A stretch of 64,000 bases of DNA from an uncultured Actinomycetes bacterium (lineage in GTDB: Bacteria; Actinomycetota; Thermoleophilia; RBG-16-64-13): positions 1,280,001 to 1,344,000 of the forward strand of contig CAWJDT010000001.1 in NCBI GenBank assembly GCA_963841735.1. The letters are read 5' to 3'. The position numbers and the translations under genes are program-made. Each line of letters begins with the position of its first letter. The first letter of the stretch is position 1. Under the pieces are notes generated by a model, which made no database searches, was not told where the DNA came from, and was given only the letters and a program-made list of their open reading frames with translations. Below are positions 22,233-31,848 of this stretch, piece after piece.

Positions 22233-23129
22233 ATGAAGAGACCACATCTAGTCGTCGACGTAGCTCTGTGCCAGGGCTGCAACAATTGCCTGTTGTCCTG
22301 CAAAGACGAGCATGTTGGCAACGATTGGCCCGGCTACGCCCGGCCGCAGTCACGGCACGGTGAGGGCTGGATATCCCTGCCCTGCAACGAGCGGGGTCAG
22401 TATCCTCTTGTGGACGTGGCCTACCGGCCCACCCTCTGCACCCACTGCACGGATGCGCCCTGCGTGCAACGGTCGGGAGGAGCCATCGCAAAGCGTCCCG
22501 ACGGCATCGTCCTCATCGATCCGGTGAAGGCCGCCGGCCGGCGCGAGCTGGTGGATGCTTGTCCTTACGGCATGATCACTTGGGGGGAGGAGAGCGGCGT
22601 CCCCCAGAAATGCACGCTCTGCGCTCATCTTCTCGATGAGGGGTGGACCAAACCCCGCTGTGTTCAGGCGTGCAGCACAGGGGCCCTCACATTTTCGTGC
22701 GACGACGAGGTCGCATTTGCGGCCCGGGCCGCGGCCGAAGGCCTGGAGACGCTTCATCCCGGGAGACGCGAGTCCGCGACCGTGAGCTACAAGAACCTGC
22801 GCCGCTTCGCCTCCTGCTTTATCGCGGGGAGCTTGGCGGTCGAGCGGATGGGCGTGGTCGATTGCGCCGCCGGCGCGGCGGTGACGTTGCGCAAGTCCCC
22901 CGCTGTGAACGTGGAACCCGCCGGCGCCCAGCGCACGGGCGACGTCGACGAGAGCCTGCGGACCACACAGACCGACGCCTTCGGCGACTTCAAGTTCGAC
23001 GGGCTGGAGCCCGATTCCGGCGAGTACGTGGTCGAGGTGGCCCTCGACGGCCATAGTCCGGGGCGGGTCGTCGCGAGTCTTGGCCGGAGCGTCAGTCTAG
23101 GCATGATCATGCTGGGCGGTGAGCTCTAA
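22233..23129 (+). CDS. 4Fe-4S beta subunit, pyrogallol hydroxytransferase small-subunit type
   Basis: CQGCNNC...CKDEH, CTHCTDAPC, CPY, CTLCAH...CVQAC; C-terminal TDAFGDFKFDGL domain; ATG 22233 after GAGGGG. Confidence 0.88.
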   Translation: MKRPHLVVDVALCQGCNNCLLSCKDEHVGNDWPGYARPQSRHGEGWISLPCNERGQYPLVDVAYRPTLCTHCTDAPCVQRSGGAIAKRPDGIVLIDPVKAAGRRELVDACPYGMITWGEESGVPQKCTLCAHLLDEGWTKPRCVQACSTGALTFSCDDEVAFAARAAAEGLETLHPGRRESATVSYKNLRRFASCFIAGSLAVERMGVVDCAAGAAVTLRKSPAVNVEPAGAQRTGDVDESLRTTQTDAFGDFKFDGLEPDSGEYVVEVALDGHSPGRVVASLGRSVSLGMIMLGGEL

Positions 23130-26095
23130 TGTCTGCCGGCGCGATTGACAAGGCACGCTTCGCCGTCACCACCTGGGGCATGGCCCAACTCATGCGGGTG
23201 CAGGCCTTCAGGTATGCCGAAGTGAGAGAGTGGCTGGGCCGGGAGAATCTGGTGGCTCAGGTCAAGATCAGGGACGATTCTCAAGGGCGCTACTACGTGT
23301 TTCATAGCGGCAAAGTCACGTCCCGGCGAGGACTCCATCCCAAACCGGATGTGCTCATGTCGTTCCAGGACGCAGCGATCGCTGCCCGCATCCTCCGGCC
23401 CAACCGCGACCAACTGGAGTTCTTGAGCGCGGCTAAGACCTTCCAGTTGGAGGTATCGGGCGCCGATCACCTGGTCACTTGGTTCACCACCACGCTCACC
23501 AAGATGCTCTCCGCCGGCAACGAGTACGGGGTCAAGATGCGCGACGGCTCCGTCCGCTACACCAACAACTCCAATGGCGGTCCCGTCTTTGTCTACGTGA
23601 AAGACGGCAAGATCGTCCGGATCACACCGATAGAGTTCGACGACACCGACGCTAAGCCGTGGATTATCCGCGCCCGGGGCAGGGAGTTCTCACCCCCGCA
23701 CAAGACCACCGTAAGTCCGCACACGCTGGCCTGGAAGTCACTCATCTACTCAGCCGACCGGCTGCTCTATCCCATGAAGAGGGTGGATTTCGACCCTAAC
23801 GGCGAGCGGAACCCCCAAAATCGCGGCATCTCCGGCTACGAGCGCATCAGTTGGGAAGAGGCTCTGAACATCGTCACCGACGAGATCAAGCGGGTCAAGC
23901 GCGACCACGGTCCCGGGGCCATCATGAACGGCAGCGGCTCGCACCAGAACTGGGGGGCAATAGGCTACTGGCTCTCGGCCCGCATCCGCTTCTTCAACTC
24001 CATAGGCTGGACCACCATCGCTCACAACCCCGACAGCTGGGAGGGTTGGTACTGGGGGGCCATGCATCACTGGGGTCACAGCACTCGTCTGGGCGGCGCC
24101 GAGACTTTCAGCACCGTGGAGGATTGCCTTAAGAACGCTGAGATGATCGTTTTCTGGTCGAGCGACCCCGAGGCCACCAGTGGCGTGTACGGCGCGCAGG
24201 AGGGGACCGTGCGTCGCAAGTGGCTAAAGGAACTTGGTATCCCCATGGTGCACATCGATCCCTTCTTCAACCACACCGCCGGCTGGATGGGCGGCAAGTG
24301 GCTGGCACCGCGCCCCGGCACTGACAGTGCCTTGGTGCTGGCCATCGCCTACGTGTGGATGACCGAGAACCTCTACGACAAGAAGTACGTGTACGACCGG
24401 ACGACGGGCTTCGACAAGTGGAAGGCTTACGTGCTCGGCCAGGAGGACGGCATTGCCAAGACGCCCGAGTGGCAGGAAGCCGAGACCGGCGTGCCGGCCA
24501 AGGACGTGCGGGCGCTGGCCCGTGAGTGGGGTAGCAAGAAGACCTACCTGGCACCGGGTGGCTACGTCGGCTTTGGCGGCGCCTGCCGGACCGCGACCGG
24601 GACCGACTGGGCGCGGGGCATGGTGTATCTCATGGCCATGCAGGGCTTGGGCAAGCCGGGCATCAACATGGGCTGTCTGCAGCAAGGGGCTCCGCTCGAC
24701 ACGCGCTTCTACTTCCCCGGTTATGCCGAGGGAGGCATGTCGGGCGATCTTGATGCCACCGGTCTTTCGCTGCACATGTACCAGCGGATGCCCCAACTGG
24801 TCAGCATGAACTCCGTGAAGCAGTCGGTGCCGCGTCTCAACATCCCCGAAGCCATCATGGACGGACACGCCGAGGCCTACGTGAACGACGGCAAGACCAT
24901 CGAGGCTCAGTTCGGCAAGTTCAGCTACCCGTCGCCCGGTCACTCGCCGGTGAAGATGTACTACAAGTACGGCGGGTCGCACATAGGCACCATGGTCGAT
25001 ACCAATCGCTACGCGCGCATGTACGCCTCAGAGAATCTTGAGTTTGTGGTGAACCAGTCCATCTGGATGGAGGGTGAGGCCAAGTTCGCCGACGTCATCC
25101 TGCCGGCCTGCACCAACTTCGAGCGCTGGGACATCGGCGAGTTCGCCAACCCGGGGGGATATGCGGAGCACGCCTTCACTCAGTGCAACTACCGGGTGGC
25201 GGTGATGCAGCACAAGTGCATCGAGCCTCTGGGTGAATCGAAGTCGGACTTTCAGATCTTCCTTGAACTGGCCGAACGGCTGGGGCTGGGCAACGCCTTC
25301 TCGGAAGGCAGCAGCGAGATGGAATGGTGTCGCCGGCTCTTCGAGGCGACGGATCTACCCCGGGTGACCTCTTGGAAGAAGTTCCTGCGCAAGGGCTACT
25401 ACGTGGTGCCGCCGCTGCCCGAAGGGCAGCGCGATCCGGTCTCGTATAACTGGTTCGCCGAGGACCGGCTCAAAGACGTGCCCGAGCTCAGCCCGCTTCC
25501 CGGTGACTACACCGAGGAGTGGAGGCGCGGTCTGCAGACCCAGACAGGCAGGATCGAGTTTGAGTCGTCGAGCTTGAAGCGCTTCGATCCTGACGACCCG
25601 GAGCGTCCTCCGGTGATGACCTACCGGGAATCGTGGGAGGGTCCGCACACGACTGAGTTGTTCGAGAAGTACCCGCTGCAACTGATCACGCCGCACCCGC
25701 GATTCTCGTTTCACACTCACCACGACGGTAAAGACGGGGCCTTGAATGATATCGATGACCATAGGGTGCTAGTCGATGGCCACTACTACTGGATAGCCCG
25801 CATCAATCCGGCCGACGCCGCGGCACGCGGCGTCGGCGAGCATGATCTGGTGCGGCTGCACAACGACAGGGGCGCAGTCATCTGCGCGGCGCACGTCACC
25901 GAGCGCATCCGCCCGGGACTGGTGCACTCCTACGAGTCTTCGGCGGTCTACGACCCTGCCGGCACACCCGGCGCGTCGGACGATCACGGGGGTTGCGTGA
26001 ACATCCTTACGCCCAGCCGCATGCAGATACGCAGATCGCACGCCACCGCTGCAAACTCCTGCTTGGTGCAGGTGGATAAGTATGCCGGCGGCTGA
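23129..26095 (+). CDS. DMSO-reductase-family molybdoenzyme, pyrogallol transhydroxylase/resorcinol hydroxylase large-subunit type, with extra N-terminal domain
   Basis: GGPVFVYVKDGKIVRITP, DFDPNGERNP, HNPDSWEGW, FPGYAEGG, LPACTNFERWDI, HSYESSAVYDP match the AthL family as recalled. Confidence 0.88.
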   Translation: MSAGAIDKARFAVTTWGMAQLMRVQAFRYAEVREWLGRENLVAQVKIRDDSQGRYYVFHSGKVTSRRGLHPKPDVLMSFQDAAIAARILRPNRDQLEFLSAAKTFQLEVSGADHLVTWFTTTLTKMLSAGNEYGVKMRDGSVRYTNNSNGGPVFVYVKDGKIVRITPIEFDDTDAKPWIIRARGREFSPPHKTTVSPHTLAWKSLIYSADRLLYPMKRVDFDPNGERNPQNRGISGYERISWEEALNIVTDEIKRVKRDHGPGAIMNGSGSHQNWGAIGYWLSARIRFFNSIGWTTIAHNPDSWEGWYWGAMHHWGHSTRLGGAETFSTVEDCLKNAEMIVFWSSDPEATSGVYGAQEGTVRRKWLKELGIPMVHIDPFFNHTAGWMGGKWLAPRPGTDSALVLAIAYVWMTENLYDKKYVYDRTTGFDKWKAYVLGQEDGIAKTPEWQEAETGVPAKDVRALAREWGSKKTYLAPGGYVGFGGACRTATGTDWARGMVYLMAMQGLGKPGINMGCLQQGAPLDTRFYFPGYAEGGMSGDLDATGLSLHMYQRMPQLVSMNSVKQSVPRLNIPEAIMDGHAEAYVNDGKTIEAQFGKFSYPSPGHSPVKMYYKYGGSHIGTMVDTNRYARMYASENLEFVVNQSIWMEGEAKFADVILPACTNFERWDIGEFANPGGYAEHAFTQCNYRVAVMQHKCIEPLGESKSDFQIFLELAERLGLGNAFSEGSSEMEWCRRLFEATDLPRVTSWKKFLRKGYYVVPPLPEGQRDPVSYNWFAEDRLKDVPELSPLPGDYTEEWRRGLQTQTGRIEFESSSLKRFDPDDPERPPVMTYRESWEGPHTTELFEKYPLQLITPHPRFSFHTHHDGKDGALNDIDDHRVLVDGHYYWIARINPADAAARGVGEHDLVRLHNDRGAVICAAHVTERIRPGLVHSYESSAVYDPAGTPGASDDHGGCVNILTPSRMQIRRSHATAANSCLVQVDKYAGG

Positions 26096-26243
26096 GAGCC
26101 GACCCGCCGCCGGCGCCCGCCCCGAGGGCCGGGCGCCGCGAAGCCTGCCCTGTAGGAGCGCGGATTCCGAGCGCCCACGCCGAGGCTGTGCTAACGTTCC
26201 CTCGCTACAGAGCCACTGCGACCAGCGTCAGGCGGTCGGTTCT

Positions 26244-26651
26244 ATGATGCGCATGTCCACCAAGGGGCATCACGCGATAAGGATAATGGTGTTCCTGGCT
26301 GCCTCGCCGGGCCATCCCATCTCCAAACTGGAGATCGGGGCGTCGGAGAACATCTCGCCGGGGTACATCCAGCAGTTGATGGGCAGACTCGCCAGTGCCG
26401 GACTCGTGCAGAGCCACCGGGGCAAAGAGGGCGGCTTCTCGCTTGCTCAGCCGGCCGAGAGGATCACGGTGCAGCAGGTGTTGCAGGCGACGGAAGGGCC
26501 GTTCGAGCTCTCGGCCTGTGTCGCTCATCCAGAGATCTGCACTCGCACCGATACCTGTCCGGCCAACCCGCTCTGGAGCAAGGTCACCGCACTGGTGGAC
26601 GATCTGTTCGACCATACCACCATCGCCGATCTCGCTCGGCCGCCCGTCTGA
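26244..26651 (+). CDS. Rrf2-family regulator (3-Cys Fe-S type)
   Basis: STKGHHAIR, SHRGKEGGFSLA, C-x6-C-x5-C. Confidence 0.9.
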   Translation: MMRMSTKGHHAIRIMVFLAASPGHPISKLEIGASENISPGYIQQLMGRLASAGLVQSHRGKEGGFSLAQPAERITVQQVLQATEGPFELSACVAHPEICTRTDTCPANPLWSKVTALVDDLFDHTTIADLARPPV

Positions 26652-26666
26652 GGGTTACGTTGTCGC

Positions 26667-27281
26667 TCAGCCCGAGAACGGGTTTCGCGGCCAGGTGAAG
26701 TGCGGGACCCGGGTGACGCCGTAGTTGGAGGGCAGCACTCCGGTGGGACAGATCTTGAAGCACTCGCCACACTGTGCGCACTCCTTGGCGGCTATCTCTG
26801 GCTGGAACATGACCTGCCGCTCCACACCCCTGCCGACGAAACCGATGGCGTCCTTCTTCTTCACCTCGGCACAGTAGCGGACGCAGAGGCCGCAAAGGAT
26901 GCAGAAGTTGGCCTCCACAGGGAATCTGTCGACGTCGATCCCGTACTTGACCCCATACTCTCGGAGCTTCTCGACTCCCGGGGAGCGGGCAAGCAGCATC
27001 TCCAGGATAAGCCTGCGTCCCTTGCCTACGCGCTCCGACTCGGTCTGCACCTCTAGGCCTTCCTCCACCGGGTAGACGCACGAGATCACCAGCCGGGAAC
27101 GCCCTGCCTTGGCTATCTCCACGGTGCAGAGGCGGCAGACGCCTGCCGGCGTCAGCTCGGGGAGGTGGCACAGAGTGGGTATCTCGATGCCCACGTTGCG
27201 CGCCGCCTCGAGGATGGTCGTGCCTTCAGCGGCCGTGACCTTCTGGCCGTTGATGGTCAAGCTGACGTCACTCATCGCCAC
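26667..27281 (-). CDS. HydA/NuoG N-terminal-like Fe-S subunit without catalytic domain
   Basis: IPTLCH, GVCRLCTVE, SC, CILCGLCVRYC, CAQCGECFKICP; ends at 204 aa. Confidence 0.88.
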   Translation of the reverse strand: MAMSDVSLTINGQKVTAAEGTTILEAARNVGIEIPTLCHLPELTPAGVCRLCTVEIAKAGRSRLVISCVYPVEEGLEVQTESERVGKGRRLILEMLLARSPGVEKLREYGVKYGIDVDRFPVEANFCILCGLCVRYCAEVKKKDAIGFVGRGVERQVMFQPEIAAKECAQCGECFKICPTGVLPSNYGVTRVPHFTWPRNPFSG

Positions 27282-29196
27282 TCCCTCGCTTCCCCTCGAC
27301 AGGCGTGCCGGCCGCTACAGGTTCGGGCACTGGTACGCCGGATAGTTTCTCAACCGCCCCGTAGCGCGCCGGGCAGACCTCGATGCAGGCGCCGCACTTG
27401 GTGCACTTGGCTTGGTCGATGACGTGTACGGTGTTTCTGGTGCCGGCGATGGCTTCCACCGGGCAGTTCTTGAGGCATAACATGCAACCTCGGCACTTAC
27501 CGGGGTCGATGTAGTATGCGATGAGCGCCTTGCACACGCCGCCTGGACAGCGCTTGTCGACGATGTGGGCCTGGTATTCGTCGGCGAAGTGGCGGATGGT
27601 GCTGAGCACCGGATTGGGAGCCGTTCCCCCAAGCGCGCAAAGCGAGAAGTCACCGACAACCTGGGCGATCTCCTCGAGTGTCTGGACGTCGCCGTCGCGG
27701 CCCTTGCCTTCGCAGATGCGGTCGAGCACGGCCAGCATCTGGTGGATGCCCTCGCGGCAGGGGACGCACTTGCCGCACGATTCCTCGGCCAAAAAGTTCA
27801 TGTAATACCGGGCGGTGTCGACCATGCAGGTGGCGTCGTCCATGACGATCATGCCACCCGAGCCCATCATGGAGCCGGCCTTGTCCAACTCGTCGAAGTC
27901 CACCGGCAGGTCCAGGTGATCCTCGGGGATCACTCCTCCTGAGGGGCCTCCCGTCTGGAGGGCTTTGAACTTGCGGCCCTCGGGGACGCCTCCGCCGATG
28001 TCGAACACCATCTCGCGCAGGGTGGTGCCCATGGGCACTTCCACCAGGCCGGTGTTGTTCACCTTGCCCACCAGGGAGAAGATCTTGGTGCCCTTGCTGT
28101 TCTCGGTGCCGATGCTCTTGAACCACTCGGCGCCCTTGGTGATGATCAGCGGCACGGTGGCCCAAGTCTCGACGTTGTTCAGATTGGTCGGACGACCCCA
28201 GATGCCGCTGACGGCTGTGCGCACGTACTTGGGTCTGGGCTCGCCCACCGAGCCTTCGATGGCCGTCATGAGCGCGCTGGATTCCCCGCTGACAAATGCT
28301 CCTGCCCCGCGATGCACCTTCACCTCGAAGGCGAAGCCCGAGCCCAGCACGTTGTCGCCCAACAAGCCGTACTCGCGCGCCTGCCCCAGCGCCACCGCCA
28401 AGTTCGCCACCGCCAACGGGTACTCTTGCCGCACGTAGACAAAGCCTTCGTGGGCGCCGATGGCGTAAGCGCCTATGAGCAACCCCTCGAGCACCTGGTG
28501 CGGATTGCCCTCCAGCAAGCTCCTGTCCATGTACGCTCCCGGGTCGCCCTCATCGGCGTTCACGGCCACGTACTTGACATCACCCGGCGCATCCTTGGTC
28601 GTCTGCCATTTGATGCCGGTGCGGAAGCCTCCACCGCCGCGTCCCCGTAGGTCGGACGCCTTGATCTCGTCCGCTATCGCCTGGGGCGACATCTCAAAGA
28701 GCGCTTTGGCGAGCGCCCCGTAGCCGCCCTGTAGGATGTAGCTGTCGATGTCCGTTGGGCTGATGAGGTGGTTGAGGCCGAAGACCAGGGGCATCTGGTG
28801 GGTGTAGAAGGGGATGTCTTCCTTGCGAGCGACCTTCTGCCCGCCGGCGGTCTCGTAGAGCAGCCGGTCGACCACCTGGCCCTTCACCAGCGTTTGCTCG
28901 ACGATCTCGGCCGCATCCTCCGGCTTGACCTGTAGGTAGGTGATCTCAAGGGGTAGCAGGCTGACGATGGTGCCCCTTTCGCAGAAGCCCTGGCAGCCGG
29001 TGCGGAGTATGTCCACCTTGTCGTTGAGTCCGGCTCTGAGGAGTCCCTCTTGGAAGGCCTGGAACACCCTGTCGCTGCGGGCGGCATGGCAGCCCGTGCC
29101 TGAGCAGATGGTGACGCAGGGTCTGTCGGTGTCATGGGTGGCCAGCAACCGGCTTCTGTAGCTCTGAAGATCGGCAGCTGATTCAAATCTAGGCAT
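27268..29196 (-). CDS. HydB/NuoF-like NAD(P)H-binding FMN Fe-S subunit
   Basis: ICSGTGC...GCQGFC, GRGGGGF, NADEGDPGAYMDR, ESCGKCVPCREG, H-x5-CP-x3-C, two C-terminal 4Fe-4S motifs. Confidence 0.95.
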   Translation of the reverse strand: MPRFESAADLQSYRSRLLATHDTDRPCVTICSGTGCHAARSDRVFQAFQEGLLRAGLNDKVDILRTGCQGFCERGTIVSLLPLEITYLQVKPEDAAEIVEQTLVKGQVVDRLLYETAGGQKVARKEDIPFYTHQMPLVFGLNHLISPTDIDSYILQGGYGALAKALFEMSPQAIADEIKASDLRGRGGGGFRTGIKWQTTKDAPGDVKYVAVNADEGDPGAYMDRSLLEGNPHQVLEGLLIGAYAIGAHEGFVYVRQEYPLAVANLAVALGQAREYGLLGDNVLGSGFAFEVKVHRGAGAFVSGESSALMTAIEGSVGEPRPKYVRTAVSGIWGRPTNLNNVETWATVPLIITKGAEWFKSIGTENSKGTKIFSLVGKVNNTGLVEVPMGTTLREMVFDIGGGVPEGRKFKALQTGGPSGGVIPEDHLDLPVDFDELDKAGSMMGSGGMIVMDDATCMVDTARYYMNFLAEESCGKCVPCREGIHQMLAVLDRICEGKGRDGDVQTLEEIAQVVGDFSLCALGGTAPNPVLSTIRHFADEYQAHIVDKRCPGGVCKALIAYYIDPGKCRGCMLCLKNCPVEAIAGTRNTVHVIDQAKCTKCGACIEVCPARYGAVEKLSGVPVPEPVAAGTPVEGKRGSGDE

Positions 29197-29217
29197 TCTA
29201 GTTCCTCCCCGCGGTCA

Positions 29218-29712
29218 CTACTCAGCCGCCGCCAGCAGCTCAAGTTCTTCCTTGGTCGGTTTGCTGTAGTACTGGTCATCGACCATCATCACCGGGCCGA
29301 GGGCGCAGCAACCCAGGCAGTTGACGGTGCTCAGGCTGAAGCGCATGTCGGGCGAGGTCTCGCCTGGACGGATCTTGAAGGCCTCCACCACTCTGTCGAG
29401 CAGGCGGGTGGCGCCGCGCACCTGGCACGCCGTGCCCAGACAGACCGACACCGAGTGCCTACCTTTGGGGACCAGGCTGAAGGCTTTGTAGAAGGTGGCC
29501 ACGTGGTAGACCTTGCCCAGAGGCACATCCAACCGGCGGCTCACCAGCGCCAGATCGTCCTCCGAGAGCCAGTGCTGGCGCTGTTGCATCTCAAGCAGTA
29601 TCTGGATTAGGTTCGACGCGTCGGCGCCGTGCTTGTCGATGGTCGCGGCGGTGTCTTGCAGCGGCTGGGTGGCCTGCGCCGCCGACGCCGCCGATTTTCG
29701 AGTGGTAGTCAT
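29218..29712 (-). CDS. HydC/NuoE-like 2Fe-2S subunit
   Basis: VATFY, VCLGTACQVRG, NCLGCCALGP. Confidence 0.95.
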   Translation of the reverse strand: MTTTRKSAASAAQATQPLQDTAATIDKHGADASNLIQILLEMQQRQHWLSEDDLALVSRRLDVPLGKVYHVATFYKAFSLVPKGRHSVSVCLGTACQVRGATRLLDRVVEAFKIRPGETSPDMRFSLSTVNCLGCCALGPVMMVDDQYYSKPTKEELELLAAAE

Positions 29713-29909
29713 TTCGCGGTCTCCAGCACGAGTGTTGAGTCGAGGAAGCTGACGCTGCTGATGCAGGCGTGCAGTTCCTCCGAGTCGCCGAGCAGAGAGG
29801 TAAGATGCACTCGGTCGCCGTCCACCTCGACGCGAGTGACGTTCTCCATCAGCAGCCTACCCTCGGTGTCGGTGCCGGAAGCTTTGACGTACGCTTTAGC
29901 CAGACACAT
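29709..29909 (-). CDS. cooT: CooT nickel-binding protein
   Basis: MCLAKAY start with Cys2; LLMENV...LTSLLG; 66 aa; within the CODH operon. Confidence 0.88.
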   Translation of the reverse strand: MCLAKAYVKASGTDTEGRLLMENVTRVEVDGDRVHLTSLLGDSEELHACISSVSFLDSTLVLETAK

Positions 29910-30117
29910 CTTGCCCCTCCAATGTGACCAGAGCGGCCCGCAGGCTGGTGTTCGAGTCCTTCAGGAGCTCGACCCCACGGACCAAGTGGCCGTAGGCGTC
30001 CTCTCTACCGAGTTCACGTGCGCGTTCAGACAGCTCCACGATCTCGTCCGCGTGCTCTTCGTTGTGCTTCACGAGGTAGCGGAGTAGTGCTGTGAGATCT
30101 CCCATGGTGTGTCCCAT
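29896..30117 (-). CDS. Small helical HNxxH protein, putative metal accessory factor
   Basis: LLRYLVKHNEEHADE; overlaps cooT; ATG after AGGGCGGAG. Confidence 0.65.
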   Translation of the reverse strand: MGHTMGDLTALLRYLVKHNEEHADEIVELSERARELGREDAYGHLVRGVELLKDSNTSLRAALVTLEGQDVSG

Positions 30118-30131
30118 TTCTCCGCCCTTCA

Positions 30132-31052
30132 TCAGCCGCGCAGGTAGGCGTCGGTGTAGATCGTCTTGTTCATCAGCACCTGCACCGTCTTCCAGATGGC
30201 AGCCTGCGCAGGATCGGAGAGGTCGGCGTCCGCCGCCTCCAGTTCTTCCATGGCCGCGACTCGGTCGTGCAGAGTGAGCAGCAGGGCGCCGGCACCCGTG
30301 GAGTCGTCGCGCTGGTCGATGATGCGGATGGTGTTCATGAGTTCCTTGTCCAGCGGATCAGCGATGGCCGTATCCAGTCCCACGGCCATGAGCATCACCA
30401 GGTAGACCCGGTTGAGCAGGCTGCGCATCTCGGCGGGCACCCGGTTGGAGACGTTGCTGAGCCCGCAGGTGGTCATGGGCGCCGGATCCATGCCGAGCTT
30501 GATGTAGCGGACGGCCTCGATAGCCGGAGGGCAGTACTCCTGGCAGCCGGAAACGGTGAGCAGCAGCGGGTCGAGGTAGAGGTTCTCCATGGGGATGCCT
30601 ACTTCGATGGCCCTGGGAATGAGTTGGTCGATGGCGATGGACACCCGCTCCTCGGCGGTGAGTGGTATGCCGCTCTTGCCCATCAGGAGGGCGATGAGGC
30701 CGGCACCGTGTTCCGCGGCCACCGGCGGCACCTTCTCCAGCCGCTCGGACTCGGCTGAGGTGGAGTTGACCAGCCCCTTCCGCTTGAGCAGCGCGAGTCC
30801 GGTGCTGATGGCCTCGAGGTTGGTGGTGTCGAGAGACAAGGGCACGTCGACGACCTCCTGCACGGCCGGGACCAGCCAGCGCATGATGTCGACGCCCTCC
30901 TTCTTCTGCGGCCCGATGTTGAGGTCGAGGATGGCGGCGCCCCCGTCCACCTGCTCCTTGGCCATGGCCTGCACTGCCGCCGTGTCGCGGGCGGCAATGG
31001 CTTCCTTCACCTGCGGGGAGATGATGTGGATGTTCTCGCCGATTATCAGCAT
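30132..31052 (-). CDS. acsE: Methyltetrahydrofolate:corrinoid methyltransferase
   Basis: MLIIGENI, LDLNIG, LSLDTTN, GLSNVS pterin-binding barrel in acs operon. Confidence 0.9.
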   Translation of the reverse strand: MLIIGENIHIISPQVKEAIAARDTAAVQAMAKEQVDGGAAILDLNIGPQKKEGVDIMRWLVPAVQEVVDVPLSLDTTNLEAISTGLALLKRKGLVNSTSAESERLEKVPPVAAEHGAGLIALLMGKSGIPLTAEERVSIAIDQLIPRAIEVGIPMENLYLDPLLLTVSGCQEYCPPAIEAVRYIKLGMDPAPMTTCGLSNVSNRVPAEMRSLLNRVYLVMLMAVGLDTAIADPLDKELMNTIRIIDQRDDSTGAGALLLTLHDRVAAMEELEAADADLSDPAQAAIWKTVQVLMNKTIYTDAYLRG

Positions 31053-31848
31053 GCTTCCTCCTTAGGCAGCGTAGATGGCGAGGCTGAGTTCAGCGCAGCC
31101 TCCAGGATGGCCTTCACGGCCGGATAGACCTTCGATGAATCGTCCAAGGCGACGAGGGGCAGGCCCTCGGCGTCGAGTCGGCTGAGGACTTGGTCTTGAG
31201 GCAGCACGCCCAACAGGGGGACGCCCAGCGCCGGCGATGCGCTCCCGGAACGCCTCCGGAAGTTCGCCGTCCACGCGGTTGACGATGAGGCCTGTACGCC
31301 CAATGCGCGTCCCCAGCGAGTCGATGAGCCGTACCACCTGTTCGGCGGCGGCCAATCCCCGCTGACTGGCATCGCTGACGATGAAGAGCCAGTCGACATT
31401 GCGCGTGGTCTGACGGCTGATGTGCTCCATGCCGGCCTCGTTGTCGATGACCACGGCTCGGTAGGAGTCGCCCAGCCGGTCGATGGCCTGGCGCAACATG
31501 TGGTTGGCCGCGCAGTAGCAGCCGGGCCCTTCGGGCCGGCCCATGGCCAGGAGGTCGACGTCGTCGCCTTCCACCAGGCACTGTTCTACCTGGTACTGGA
31601 ACCAATCGGGTTTGGACATGCCGGGTTGGAACGTGCCGCCCGTGACTTGGTCGCGCGTGTCCTCGCGGATCTGGCCCACTGTCTCGACCAGTTCCATGCC
31701 CAGGGCCATGTTGAGGTTGGAGCTGGGGTCGGCGTCGATGGCGAGGATGGGGATCGATCCCGGTCTCGCGCAGGTACTTCACCGTGAGTGCGCAGAAGGT
31801 GGTCTTGCCGGTGCCGCCTTTGCCCGCCACTGCCAGGGTGAGGCTCAT
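31046..31848 (-). CDS. cooC: CooC/AcsF nickel-insertion ATPase, two apparent frameshifts (~31760, ~31235)
   Basis: AGKGGTGKTT, AIDADP, MGRPEGPGCYC, DNEAGMEHISR spread over three frames. Confidence 0.88.

Noticed and set aside
26093-26150. Selenocysteine readthrough at the molybdoenzyme TGA
   Set aside because: The protein ends where family members end, no Cys-type motif is created, and the downstream hairpin looks like a plain GC stem.
26667-29712. Respiratory complex I or [FeFe]-hydrogenase
   Set aside because: No membrane nuo subunits and no H-cluster motifs in the short A-like subunit; the same holds for 45787-48858.
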